Source of the DNA: Octopus sinensis
Taxonomy: Eukaryota
Reading direction: 5' to 3'
Length of the DNA stretch: 39,855 bases
Assembly (NCBI RefSeq): GCF_006345805.1
Contig: NW_021835439.1
Coordinates: forward strand, 1-39,855
Each line of letters begins with the position of its first letter. The stretch's first letter is position 1. The position numbers and the translations under genes are program-made. Below, piece after piece: positions 11,494-24,347 of this stretch. The notes under the pieces are model-generated. The model saw only the letters and a list, made by a program, of their open reading frames with translations, searched no databases and was not told the origin of the DNA.

Positions 11494-11554
<61 letters not shown>

Positions 11555-11559
11555 GATAG

Positions 11560-11723
11560 AAATCAATTATGATTTTATTCAACATATTCTCCTCTCATGT
11601 TCACTCACTTAATGCAGAGGCCCTTCAGTTTTTCTAAGCCCTGCAAAAGAACTCAGAAGGTTGGGCCTCCAACCGGGCCTTTCGTGATACCCTTAAAGCC
11701 AGGAACTTTCCAGCAACCCCTCG
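11560..11723 (-). mobile_element. Mariner-derived non-autonomous fragment
   Basis: The minus strand begins TA|CGAGGGGTTGCTGGAAAGTTCCTGG and carries a transposase C-terminal remnant (SEFFCRA/EKL...GEYVE*). It is the reverse complement of the 22600-22716 copy. Confidence 0.7.
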
Positions 11724-11726
11724 TAG

Positions 11727-11930
11727 ATGCTGATGTCCCATAAAAAGCACTCAGTACACCCTGTAAAGTTGCTGGCATTAGAAAGGGCATTCAGCTGTAG
11801 AAACTATTTCAAGACAGACACTAGAACTCAGGGTAGCCCTCTGGTTATGCCAAGCCCTGGTCAAACTGTCCAATGCATGCCAGCATGTAGAACGGCTGTT
11901 AAATGATCGTGATCATGATGCTGATAATAA
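11727..11930 (+). mobile_element. Short element consisting of the RTE 3' tail
   Basis: Contains ataaaaagcac...gaaagggcattcagctgtagaaac...gccagcatg...ttaaatgat, the same tail as at 9160-9345. Confidence 0.7.
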
Positions 11931-12460
11931 TGATGACAATGACAACGATGTGTACACATAACATACACACTTATAAGTGTTTTAGAAGATATACTGAACA
12001 TTCCGCCAAGGTCAACTTTGCCTTTCATCCTTTCAGGGATGATAAATTAAGTACCAGTTATGTACTGGGGTTGTTCTAATCGACTGTCCCCCTCCCCCAG
12101 AATTTCAGGCCTTGTGCCTAGAGTAGGAAAGAATATAAGGCAGCAGCAAGCTGGCAGAAATATTAGCACACCGGGGGAAATGCTTAGCGCCATTTCATCT
12201 GTCTTTATATTCTGAGTTCAAATTTCTTCCAGAGTCAACTTTGCCTCTCATCCTTTCAGGTGCAATGAAATATATGTACCAGTTACACACTGGGGTTGAT
12301 GTAATTGACTAGCCCCCTCCCCCAAATTTTAGGCCTTTTGCCTTCAGTAGAATGGATTATTATTATTATCATAAAAAAAAACAGCAAGCTGGCAGAATCG
12401 TTAGCATGCTGAGCAAAATGCTGATTAGATTTTGGGATTGATCCAGCACTGGACAAGGAT

Positions 12461-12870
12461 TTTCTTTCTTTCTTTCTTTTACCTGTTTCAGTCATTTGAC
12501 TGCGGCCATGCTGGAGCACCGCCTTTAGTCAAGCAACTCGACCCCGAGACTTATTCTTTTGTAAGCCCAGTACTTATTCTATCGGTCTGTTTTGCCGAAC
12601 CGCTAAGTAACGGGGACATAAACACACCAGCATCGGTTGTCAAGCAATGCTAGGGGACAAACACAGACACACAAATACACACTCGCATACATATATATAC
12701 ATATATACGACGGGCTTCTTTCAGTTTCCGTCTACCAAATCCACTCACAAGGCTTAGGTCGGCCCGAGGCTATAGTAGAAGACACTTGCCCAAGGTGCCA
12801 CGCAGTGGGACTGAACCTGCAACCATGTGGTTGGTAGACAAGCTACTTACCACACAGCCACTCCTGCGCC
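12461..12870 (-). mobile_element. SINE family 1, full length and young
   Basis: Reverse complement of the 28996-29429 sequence with most CpGs retained. Confidence 0.9.
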
Positions 12871-13049
12871 TATTCTGAATTTTTTAAAATTTTTTTTATT
12901 TTTGAGATCAGTCAGGTTCGCTTTTAGTATTCTCGTTCGTGAGAGCAGTTGAGTTTATTTCAGATATTCTCCCTTTAAAAAAAATCTCTGGCTAATTGTT
13001 GAGAGGTCGTTGGTGTTGCCTTGGCAGAGGTTTACACAATCTGAGTGCT

Positions 13050-13175
13050 CTTGATATTATCATCATCATCATCATTATCATCATCATCATCATTATTATT
13101 ATTATTATTATTATCATCATCATCCTCATTATTATTATTATTATCATCCTCATCATCATCATCATCATTATTATT

Positions 13176-13227
<52 letters not shown>

Positions 13228-13245
13228 GTATTATTATCATTATCA

Positions 13246-13277
<32 letters not shown>

Positions 13278-15700
13278 ATTATTATCATCATTATCATTCA
13301 TCATCACCATCATCATCATCTATTCTATCGGCATGAGTATCATTTCTACAAGACTGTCTTAATGTCATCATCTTTGTTATTGTCATCATCATCATTGAAG
13401 TCATCAGCTGTAGCAGCATCCTCATCCTCTTTATCCTCATGTTCGTCATCGTCATCAGCAACATAATTATGTTCACCATCTTCACCACCACCGCTACCAC
13501 CATAACCATTTTCAGAAGCAGCAGCAACAACGCAATCACCTTTATCATCACCGCCACCACCACCACATCATCACCATCACCACCAACTTCACCACACCAT
13601 CAACATCATCATCATCATCACTACCACCATCACCATCACCATCACCATACCATCAACTTCAGCACTACCACCACCACCATCAACATCATCACTACCACCA
13701 CATCATCACCATTGCCATCATCATCACCACATCACCACGCCATTATCAACATCATCATCATCATCATCACCACCACCATCATCACAACCACCACCACCAT
13801 CAACATCATCACCATTGCCATCATCATTGCCACATCACCACACCATTATCATCATCATCATCATCATCATCATCACTACCACCACCACCATCAACATCAT
13901 CATCATCATTATAATTAATGATGCCATAGCCAGCCTGGATCTCTTTGTTATGCCACCGCTATCCACCCCCCAACCCCCAACCCATCGCCACTCATTCCCC
14001 CTCCCAGCTGAACTTCTGTCTCCCCACCCACCCCCCCCCCCACCGCACACTTCCCCACTCGTCCCCCCTCACCCTGTCTGTGGAAGATGACTGTTGGTTT
14101 CTGAGTGAACAGATCAGGTTACAGCCAGGGTATGAGGTGGATGGCAGGGGTGGATCAGGAGTGCATCAGAAGACAAAAGACACTGCTCTCTGGCTAATAA
14201 AATTTCCCACCTGCACACCAACCAACACCACCACTACCAACGCCACCACCACCACTACTACTACAACCAACACCACCACTACCACTACTACTACAACCAA
14301 CACCAACACCACCACTACCACTATTGGAACTATCACTACTACCACTGCCACCACTACTACCACCAGGACTATCACCACCACAACCACTCTTACAACTACC
14401 ACCAACACAACCACAGCCAGTACAACCACTGCTACCACCATCAGCACAACCGTCACTGCCTATACCACCACAGCCACTACCAGAACCCTCACATCTACCA
14501 CCAACAGAACCACCGCCACCGCCTTGACTACGACTACCATCATCACCACAACCACCACTACTACTACTACCACCACCACCACCACCATGATTACGACAAC
14601 CACTATCACCACTGCCACCACCACCACCAATACAATCACCATCATTACCACCACAACTACAACCACCACCACTACTTCTACTTGCATTAATCAGGACCAC
14701 TGCATACTCCTACCATACACTACTACCTGCACATGCTTACATTTCTATTAACCACTACCACCATCACCCAACCCACACTCACTACCACCACCACACATCA
14801 CCACCACCACCACCACCACCATAGCACCAATACCTATATAGCCACTGTTGTCATCATCATCAACATTACAACCACTACTACCACCAAACCCACCAGGACT
14901 ACCACAGCTACCACTACCACCACCGTTTTTATCACTAACACCACCACCACTACTATACCATCACCACTACCATCACCACAGCCACCAGCATCACAACCAC
15001 CACCACCACCACCACAACCACCACCACCACCACCACAACCACCACCACAACCACGACTGCCACCACCACCATCACTGCCACTACCATCTCCACCACCACA
15101 ACCATCACTGCCATCACCACCGCCACAACCTCCACCACCACAACCTCCACCACCACAATCGCCACCACAACCATCACTGCCACTACCATCACCACAACCA
15201 CCACCACAACCACCACCACCACTACCACGACTGCCACCACCACCATCACTGCCACTACCATCTCCACCACCACAACCATCACTGCCATCACCACCACCAC
15301 AACCTCCACCACCACAACCTCCACCACCACAATCGCCATCACAACCATCACTGCCACTACCATCACCACAACCACAACCATTACTGCCACCACCACCACC
15401 ACCACCATCACAACTGCTACCATCACTATCACAACTGCTACCATCACTATCACTACCACCACCATCACCACCACCACAACCACCATCACCACAACCAGCA
15501 TCACCACCATCAAAAACACCATCGCCACCACCACCACAAACACCATCACCACTACCACAGCTGCCACCACAACCATCACTACCACAACCACCACTACAAC
15601 CAACACCATCATCACCATCACGCTACCACCACCACCACTACAACCACCACCACCATCACCACCACCACCACCACCACCACCACCACCACCACCACCACCG
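13050..15700. repeat. Compound trinucleotide field grading from (CAT/TAT)n to (CAC/ACC/ACT)n, with an internal 174-bp tandem duplication
   Basis: Direct reading. The unit starting ccacgactgcc recurs at 15051 and 15225. Confidence 0.9.
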
Positions 15701-16156
15701 GCTCCCAATCACTTTACTGTCATTACCCTTGCACCTAGAGCAGGGTTTGTTGAGGGGACTGAAGGGGTGTGGTAGCAAGGATTCAGGAAGTGACTACATG
15801 AGGTGGAGACTATTGAAAGGGGGTTAGATGTATCGCAGGGAGGGGGGATAGGGTGTTGTGATAAGGGGCTGGATTGGAGTCGGTGGGGGGTGTGGAATAC
15901 ATACAGGGGGAAAAGTACCGATGGCAGCGGGAGGGGAGGGGAGGCATTTGGTGGTGGTGGGAGTGTAGGGGGGGTGGGGGTGGAATGAAGGAGATTCCAA
16001 ACAGGAAGTTTACCGATTCCTTAAAATCCCAGAACCATATTATTATAACTCTTGAGTGATGAATTTTCTTGAGCATTTGTCATCATCGTCTTTAACATCC
16101 GTCATCGTCATCATCATCGTCATCATCATCATCATCGTCATTGTTATTGTCTTCAT

Positions 16157-16200
<44 letters not shown>

Positions 16201-16556
16201 ACACACACACACACACACGTGCGCGCCAACCTCTTATACACTTCTCACAGTCATAAATTCATCACCATTGTAACACGCTCCCCCTCCACCACCGCCTCCA
16301 AATCCATCATCATCATCATCAACAGCAACAGTAGCATCGTCATCATCATCATCATCGTTACAGGATATTACACAAACATCAATGTCACACACACACACAC
16401 ACACTCTCTCTCTCTCTTCTCTCTCTCTCTATCGCATGTAGCCATTATATATTAATGCTATCGCAACCTCCATCCTCATCATCATCATCTTATCATCATC
16501 TTGTCATCATCAGCCATCATCTTTATCATTCTCACAACGTGTAATTACACATATAC

Positions 16557-16779
16557 CCACTTCATCTGCTTATCTATCTATCTACCTACCTACTAATCTA
16601 TCTATCCATCTATTTATCAATTTATTGATTTATCTTTCTACTATCTATGTAACTACCTTTTCATCTAATTACATATCTATTCATCAACACATCTCTCTAT
16701 TTTTTTATCTGTCTGTCTAATTATCTGTCTATCTATCAATCTTTCTATCTATCTAACTATCTATCTACCTATCTGCCTG

Positions 16780-16876
<97 letters not shown>

Positions 16877-16916
16877 TTATCTATCTATCTATCATCTATC
16901 TACCTACCTTATCTAC

Positions 16917-16976
<60 letters not shown>

Positions 16977-16984
16977 TCATCTGC

Positions 16985-17025
<41 letters not shown>

Positions 17026-17190
17026 CATCTGCTTATTTATCTATCTATCTATCTATCTATTTATCTATCTATCTTTCTATCCATCTGCTTATCTATCTAT
17101 CTATCAATTTATTGATCTATCTTTCTACCTATCTATATGTAACTACCTTTTCATCTATCTACATATCTGTTTGTCTATCTATCAATCAAT
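16557..17190. repeat. (CTAT)n tetranucleotide array
   Basis: Direct reading. A ~70-bp diverged block recurs at about 16610 and 17100. Confidence 0.9.
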
Positions 17191-17957
17191 CTACGTATCT
17201 CATTATAACCCTTTAATAGCAGTCATAAGCCCAGCTACAAATAGAAGACAAATCTCTCTTAAATCACAACGTACTATCTTAAAGATGGAAGAACAGGGTG
17301 AAAAATGTAGCTTTCAGTACTGCTACAAAGGACAGGATGGTCACAACTGGAATGTCTTTGATCATCGGTCTATTTAATCACGGTTAATCTAGAGTTAATC
17401 AACAACAACAATTATAATCATAAATATAATATTGTTACCTATCGCTATCTTTTATCTTTTACTTGTTTCAGTCATTTGATTGTGGCCTGGCTGAGGCACC
17501 TCCTTGAAGAGTTTCAATCAAACATCTTCAGTATTTTTTTTGTTTGTTTGTTTGTTTTTGAAGTCTGGGACTATTCTATTGGTTACCTTTACTGAATTGC
17601 TAAGTCATGGGGTTGTCGAGCAGTGGTGGGAACAAACACAAGCTTAAACACACACACACACACATATATATATATATGTGAAGGTGCATGGCCCGGTAGG
17701 TAGGCTGTTGCACTCACAATTGCTATTTCATGGGTTTGATTCCCAGACTATGCACCACATTGTGTTCTTGAGCAAAACACTTCATTTCACGTTGCTCCAG
17801 TCCTCTTTTCAATCAGAGAGACGGCATTAGTCTGTTTGCCTAGCCAAGCAGGCTAGTGTCATTTCAAGGCTAAAAAAATGCAAAGCACATTGTGACCAGC
17901 AATGTGTAACAGCATCTGATAGTCTGGTCAGTCACGTGATCACATTATATCTATGTA

Positions 17958-18516
17958 CTAGCAGTATCGCCCGGCGTTGCTCGGGTTTGTAAGGGAAATA
18001 ACTATATAAGCATTTTTAGAGAGTTATAGCCAAAAAATAGCAAAAAAATGCATCAAAAATGGAAAAAAATTATGGTAAATTTTTTTTTAAATCGTTGACT
18101 CATCGTAGACATTTTCTGTTTTGGTGTCTTCAAGCCATGAAGTCGTTGTTCTAAAAGAACGCTGGTCTCCTTGACAACGCTTTACGACATTGATTTCCTT
18201 ACACTCCCTTCCCCACAGCTTCACGAGGGAGGGAAGAATGGGGAGAAGCAACACAAGTGCAGGTGTGAGCATGGACGCCAACTCCGCCGCCATCGACACA
18301 CGAAAAAATTGGAAGAAATAGAAAAAAATGATGTTAAATTATTTTTAAAATCGTAGACTCATCGTAGACGCGTGCTAATACCCAGACGGGCTCGATATGA
18401 ATCACGACTATAAGATACCCGAATTTGGTTAAACTGCACCGCAAAATGTGGGAGTAGTTAGGAATCTAAATCGAAGGGGACAGACATTCACACAACTACA
18501 GGTTTATATATATAGA
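17958..18516 (-). mobile_element. Non-autonomous Helitron
   Basis: On the minus strand it has a 5' TC and a 3' CTAG and sits between A and T. A GC-rich hairpin (CCCGAGCAACGCCGGG, 17970-17985) lies 8 nt before the CTAG. It is CpG-rich relative to its flanks. Confidence 0.8.
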
Positions 18517-18999
18517 TATATATATAAATACTAATAACAAAGTATGGAAATGAATGTGTAACACTGCATTAGTGAATAAATTTTCTTTATTTGTGAGTTA
18601 ACAAGGCAACCAATGATTTCATATGAAGAAATTTTCACAGTTGTTCAAGCATGTTACTCATCTCCACTTTAGATGGGAATACATGATGTTACATGAGAGT
18701 AAACAGGATTTCAAAATAAATACACTAATCACAGGAAGTAACTTAAATAAATATCTTAACTGTTTTCTCTTTTGCATTAGCTCTGGATTTTTACAAGAAG
18801 TCATGTTCATAATAGTTTTATTAATTCCTTGATTATCTTATGTGTGAATACTTTTACAAAAATCCAGGATTAAAGCAAGTGTGATGACAATTAAGATATT
18901 CTGATTGCATCCTAACATAACACTACTCAAAAAAAGGGACTACTACGTGGTTTCTTGATCTGCTAAAAATAGTTGTTAAATGTCTAGAAAATTATACCA

Positions 19000-19780
19000 G
19001 GCACAGGTGTGGCTGTGTGGTAAGAATCTTGCTTCCCAACCACATGGTTCCGGGTTCAGTCCCACTGCATGGCACCTTGGGCAAGTGTCTTCTACTATAG
19101 CCTCAGGCTGACCAAAGCCTTGTGAGTGGATTTGGTAGACAGAAACTGAAAGAAGCCCATCGTATATATTAATGTGTGCGTGTGCTGAGTTTATACCCCA
19201 ACCACCACTTGACAACCGATGCTGGTGTGTTTATGTCCCTGTAAAATAGCTGTTCAGCAAAAGGATACCAATAGAATAAGTACTATACTCTTTACTCTTT
19301 TTTACTCTTTTACTTGTTTCAGTCATTTGACTGCGGCCATGCTGGAGCACCGCCTTTAATCGAGCAACTCGACCCCGGGACTTATTCTTTTGTAAGCCCA
19401 GTACTTATTTTATTGGTATCTTTTGCCGAACCGCTAAGTGACGGGGACATAAACACACCAGCATCTGTTGTCAAGCAATGCTAGGGGACAAACACAAACA
19501 CACACATACACACATATATATATACATATATACGACGGGCTTCTTTCAGTTTCCGTCTACCAAATCCATTCACAAAGCTTTGGTCGGCCCGAGGCTATAG
19601 TAGAAGACACCTACCCAAGGTGCCATACAGTGGGACTGAACCCGGAACCATGCAGTTGGTAGACAAGCTACTTACCACACAGCCACTCCTGCACCTATGT
19701 TTACAAGGAATAAGTCCTGGGGTTGATTTCTTCCAGCATGGCCTTAGTCAAATGACCGCAACAAGTAAAAGAATACAAGA
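19000..19780 (+). mobile_element. SINE family 1 copy split by an antisense SINE
   Basis: Head at 19000 and body up to gaataagtact (about 19283). The remaining tail tttacaaggaataagtcc...aagtaaaaga lies after 19696. Confidence 0.8.
19288..19695 (-). mobile_element. SINE family 1, full length, nested in an older + strand copy
   Basis: The host copy runs 19000-19287 and resumes at 19696-19780. Confidence 0.9.
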
Positions 19781-21049
19781 ACACTATTTTGGAAAGAGAA
19801 TGACACGTTAGATTGGATACTGCAGTCCTAAATTGTGGTTTGGGCATGGGTGGAATGGTTTTGACCATAGGACTACTCAGTCAGAACTGTCCAGGGTCTA
19901 AATAACAACACACACACATACAGAAGAGGGGATGAAGGAGAATAAAAATGAGGAGGGGGAGGAAGAACCCGGAGAGGCAGAAGAGGAGGAAGGAAATGAG
20001 GAGAAAGAGAAGGCAGAAGGAGGAGGAGGAGGAAAATGAAATGGGGGAAGAGAAAAGGAAGGAGTAGGAATAAGCTGTGCCCCAGCGGCAGCAGTAACCA
20101 CATAATTATGTTGCCAAGTGAGCTCTGCTTCAATATTTCAATCAGCTGGTATCTGTCTACACCTCCCTTTCTTTTTCTCCTTTTCTCTCTCTCTCTTTCT
20201 CCCTTTCTCTCTCTCTCTCCCTACGACTCTCCTCATGCCTTCACAATATGTGTTTGTAATACAACCACCAACAACCACCTCCACCACCACCACCACCACC
20301 ATTGTTAATAGTAACCCTAATCTTTTCCACTGTCCCTCTGGAACATCCATCCTTTACAGTCTTGGTCCTCGTTGTCATATTTCCTCCACACTGTTTTCTT
20401 TTGTCATTACCCTTTATCTCTCTCTCTCTCCTTCTCTTACTCCCTCTCACTCCTTCTCCCTCTCTGCTCTCCCAATTACTCTCCTCCGCTTGTCCAACTT
20501 GCTCTTCTTTTCCACTATTTTTACCATACTCCAAACTAAAAAATAAAATAAATGTCAGAGCTCGATCAATAGTAATAAAAATAACAATAATAATGATTTC
20601 AAATTTTGGCAGAACGCCAACAGGTTTTAAGGGGAGGGGGAAAGTTGATTATATCAGCCCCAATTCTTGCTGGTAATTATTCTATTGCCCCCAGTGTTCA
20701 ACTGGCACTTATTTTATCAAAAGAATAAAAAGCAAAATCGACCCTGATGGAATTTGAACTCAGAACATAAAGACAGATGAAATGCCTCTTTAATAATAAT
20801 TGTTTCAAATTTTGGTACAATGCCAGCAATTTAGGGGGGGGGTTAAGTCAATTTAAGCAACTCCAGTGTTCAACTGGTACTTATTTTATCAACCCACCAA
20901 AGAATGAAAGACAAAGTCAAACCCAGCGACATTTGAACTCAGGACATAAAGCTGGAAGAAATACCGCTAAGCATTTTTGCCAGCTCAATGAAGATCCATA
21001 ATCTACAGCAGAAGTGTTAAGGCCCCTCCCACTAGAGAAGAGGATTGGC

Positions 21050-21525
21050 CTGTAAGGGTCATGTGACTGTGCCATGTAAAAAGCAATCGTGCCAGTGTCA
21101 CATGAAAGTGCCTGTGTGGTGCCATGTAAAAGCGCCTAGTACACTCTGTAAAGTTGTTGGTATTAGGAAGAGCATCCAGCTGTAGAAACCAGCCCTAGGA
21201 ATCAGACTGGGGTCTGGTGCTGCTCTCCAGCTTGCCAACACTTGTTAACTCTTTAGCGTTCGCATTATTCTGCCAAAATTAATCCTTTTTTATCCACATT
21301 GCTTTGAACTAATCATGCATTGTCTTGTAGCTATGAGATTTTGATGAGGTAGCTGTTAATTTTTAAAACGATATTGTAGGGTTGGTGCGAAAGACCAGAT
21401 CTGGCCAGTTTGAACATAAAACAGGCAGAATGCTTCTGGCCGGATATGGCCAGTTTAAATGCTAAAGGGTTAAACTGTTCAACCTTTGCCAGCATGGACA
21501 ACAGATGTTGAATGATGAGGATGAT
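21050..21525 (+). mobile_element. RTE-tail element interrupted by a TTAA MITE
   Basis: RTE tail motifs lie on both sides of the insertion at 21249-21469. Confidence 0.65.
21249..21469 (-). mobile_element. piggyBac-like MITE with TTAA target duplication
   Basis: TTAA at 21245-21248 and 21470-21473, with termini C(T/C)CTTTAGC...GCTAAAGGG. Its interior is the reverse complement of the 38628-38847 copy. Confidence 0.75.
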
Positions 21526-22199
21526 CCTTTCTGCTATAAAGCACAAAGCCTGAAATTTAAGTGGAGGGCATAAGTCAATTTATATTGACCCTGAAAGGAT
21601 AAAAGGCAAAGTTGGCTTCGGTGGAATTTGAACTCAGAATGAAATTTCACTAAGCATTTTATCCAGTGTGCTAACAATTCTGCCAGCTCACTGTCTTAAT
21701 GATGATGATGATGATGATGGTGATGGGGATGATGATAGTAATAATAATTATAATAATAGTAATAATAATGGTCTCTCAGAAACAATGGTAAAGAAACTTG
21801 CCTAAGATGTCATATTATTTTGCACCAAGCAGGAACATAATTACGAGGGAAACTTCTTAAAAGCTCAGCCATGTGAGAGATGCTGGAAAAATAGTTGAAA
21901 GACGCAGAGAAATAGCAAGAAGAGATTTGTAGTTTGGAAGAAGCTGGATGCTGTTAGATGAGGAAACATTAGCTAAAAACATCTGGGAGATTAAAAAGAA
22001 GATGTTACGTTCTACTTTTATTCAACCGGTGATGGTATTTTAATTTTCAAACAATAACAGACAAAAGCATGTTTGCTAAATCGTTGATGACGGTGCACAA
22101 CACGTTTCTAAACTGTTTCACATTCAATTTTCCATGTTTGCATGGGTGGGATAGTTTATTCGCTGGAACAAATGTTTTTGCAGCTGGATGGTCTTTCTC

Positions 22200-22540
22200 T
22201 TTCTAGCCTACTACAAACCACTCAGACGTGAAGCTAGAGGAATGGAACCCGTTTCTTTCTGTTTATTTTTGTCCTTCAAATCTGGCACCACGTGAAGCTT
22301 GTTGTGAGCAAAATTTAGAATTTATGATGATGAGCAATATGCAGCAATGCAGCACTCCCTTACAGTCACTCCAACCGTTAGGCCTCACTATCACTTTGGG
22401 GCTCACTTGGTGAGAGTATATCCTTAACATAGCTAAAGGACCACATCTTTAAAATCGGACTCTTCTCTTAAGGGAGAGAAAATTCTTCTCTTCAGTCCCA
22501 AACAATATCTGTCCTCAACCAATTTCAAATGGATGCTCAC
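22200..22540 (+). mobile_element. Highly decayed CR1/L2/Jockey-like RT C-terminal remnant
   Basis: SDVKLEEW..FLSVYF and LQSLQPLGLTITLGLTW*EYILNIAK resemble the LG..F...L.W..YI..IAK thumb motif. It carries stops and frameshifts. Confidence 0.4.
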
Positions 22541-22599
22541 ACTTAAATATTGGTTTTGAATTTTGGCACAAGGCCAGCAAACTGGATCAATGTGAAATA

Positions 22600-22716
22600 T
22601 GAGGGGGTGCTAAAAAGTTCTTGGCTCTAAAGACATCGCGAAAGGCCTGGTTGGAGGCCCAACCTTCTGAGTTCTTTTACAGGGTCTAGAAAAACTGAAG
22701 GAATGCTGCAAAAAGT
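22600..22716 (+). mobile_element. Mariner-derived non-autonomous fragment (same family as 11560-11723)
   Basis: TA|TGAGGGGGTGCTAAAAAGTTCTTGG...gaaaggcctggttggaggcccaaccttctgagttctttt is shared with the other copy. Confidence 0.7.
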
Positions 22717-22828
22717 GTGGGGATCATAATTGATCCTCCTGTATTTTCTTTTACCGAAAACCAGGAACATTTCAGCACCCCATCATATAGGAGTGGCTGT
22801 GTGGTAAGTAGCTCGCTTACCAACCACA

Positions 22829-23448
22829 TGGTTATGTTCAGACCCTTCTGCAGTTCCAAGTGTTATATATACAAAATTTCCTGCAACTGTCTTGGTTTTC
22901 GGGGTTGTCAACAATGAAGGACATGTGATGCCTCCTTACTTCTTTACACAAGGCCTTAAAGTTAACTTTGACACCTACACTGAGGTCCTGAAACAATTGT
23001 TAAGCCCTGGATAGACAGTGTATGCAATGGAAGACCATATGTGTTTCAGTAAGGAATGGATAGCTGAAAATTTTCATGATCACATAACCCCTAACATTTG
23101 GCCTCCTAATTCCCCCAGATCTCAATCGATTGGACTATTACATGTGGAGCATTGTTGAAAGAGAGGTCAATGAATACGCCCATAACACCAAAGATATTTT
23201 GAAAGTTACCATAGTCAGAGAAATGTCCAAAATGAACCAGGACCACTTGATTGGAGCCTGTAGATGATTTAGATCTCATATAGAAGCAGTTGTTGAAGCT
23301 GAAGGTGGCTTTATTGAATAACATTATAGAAGAGAAGGTTTATTTTTATCCTCAAAGCATTTTTTGATAAATAAAGTTATTACCTGTTATTATATCTCTG
23401 TTTTTTTATAAACATAAATCTGTCCTCAAATATCTTACGCATCTTGTA
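22829..23448 (+). mobile_element. 3' half of a decayed maT/Tc1-like (probably DD37D) transposon
   Basis: Reads WLCSDPSAVPSVIYTKFPATVLVFGVVNNEGHVMPPYFF...KPWIDSVCNGRPYVFQ...WPPNSP/DLNRLDYYMWSIVERE...AVVEAEGGFIE* with frameshifts and stops. It ends in a TIR-like end followed by TA. Confidence 0.8.
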
Positions 23449-23511
23449 TATATATATGTACATATATATACTGTATATGTATATATTCACACACACACAC
23501 ACACACACACA

Positions 23512-23570
<59 letters not shown>

Positions 23571-24313
23571 CATACATACATATATATTTGTGTATGTCTA
23601 TATATATATTATGCATATATATATATGTACATATATATATATGTATATATATGTGTGTGTGTGTATATATATACATCCGTGCATACACACACACCCGCAC
23701 ACATACACATATTACACTCGTGTTCAGGTGGAAACACGAATCAACCCCTTTTTCCTCCCACCTTTTTCCATGCTTTTACTACTCTTTCTTTTTAATTTTT
23801 CTTCTTTTTTTTTTAACATTTTGTTTATTACAAATTGTAAATAATCTCAGTTGAAATTCTTAAAATAAACTTCTTAAATCTTCCAACGATTCTATATTAA
23901 ACTTGGAAGAATTTCAAGAAAAAAAAATAAGCAAAAGCAAACAAATGACAACAAATAAATAAATCATCTTCATCAACATCATCACCATCATCCTCTTCCT
24001 GCTCATCATCATCATCATCATTATGATCATCAACATCATCATCATCATCATCAACATAATTATTACCACCACCATCATCCTCTGCCTCCGCCTCCACCTC
24101 ATCATCATCAATATCATCATCATCCTCCTGCTCCTCCACATCATCATCATCATCATCATCCTTACCACCACCACCACCATCCTCCTCCACATCATCGTCA
24201 TCGTTATTATTAACATCATCATTACCATCACCATCTAATAATAATGATGATAATGACGATGATAATAATAAGTCTGTTTAGTAATAATAATTATAATAAT
24301 GATGATGTTGCTA

Positions 24314-24347
<34 letters not shown>

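Noticed and set aside
14733-15827. 364-aa Pro-rich (extensin-like) ORF and the overlapping Thr-, His- and Val-rich ORFs at 13945-15738
   Set aside because: They are open in several frames on both strands simply because ACC/CAC repeats lack stops. No splice context or domain supports them.
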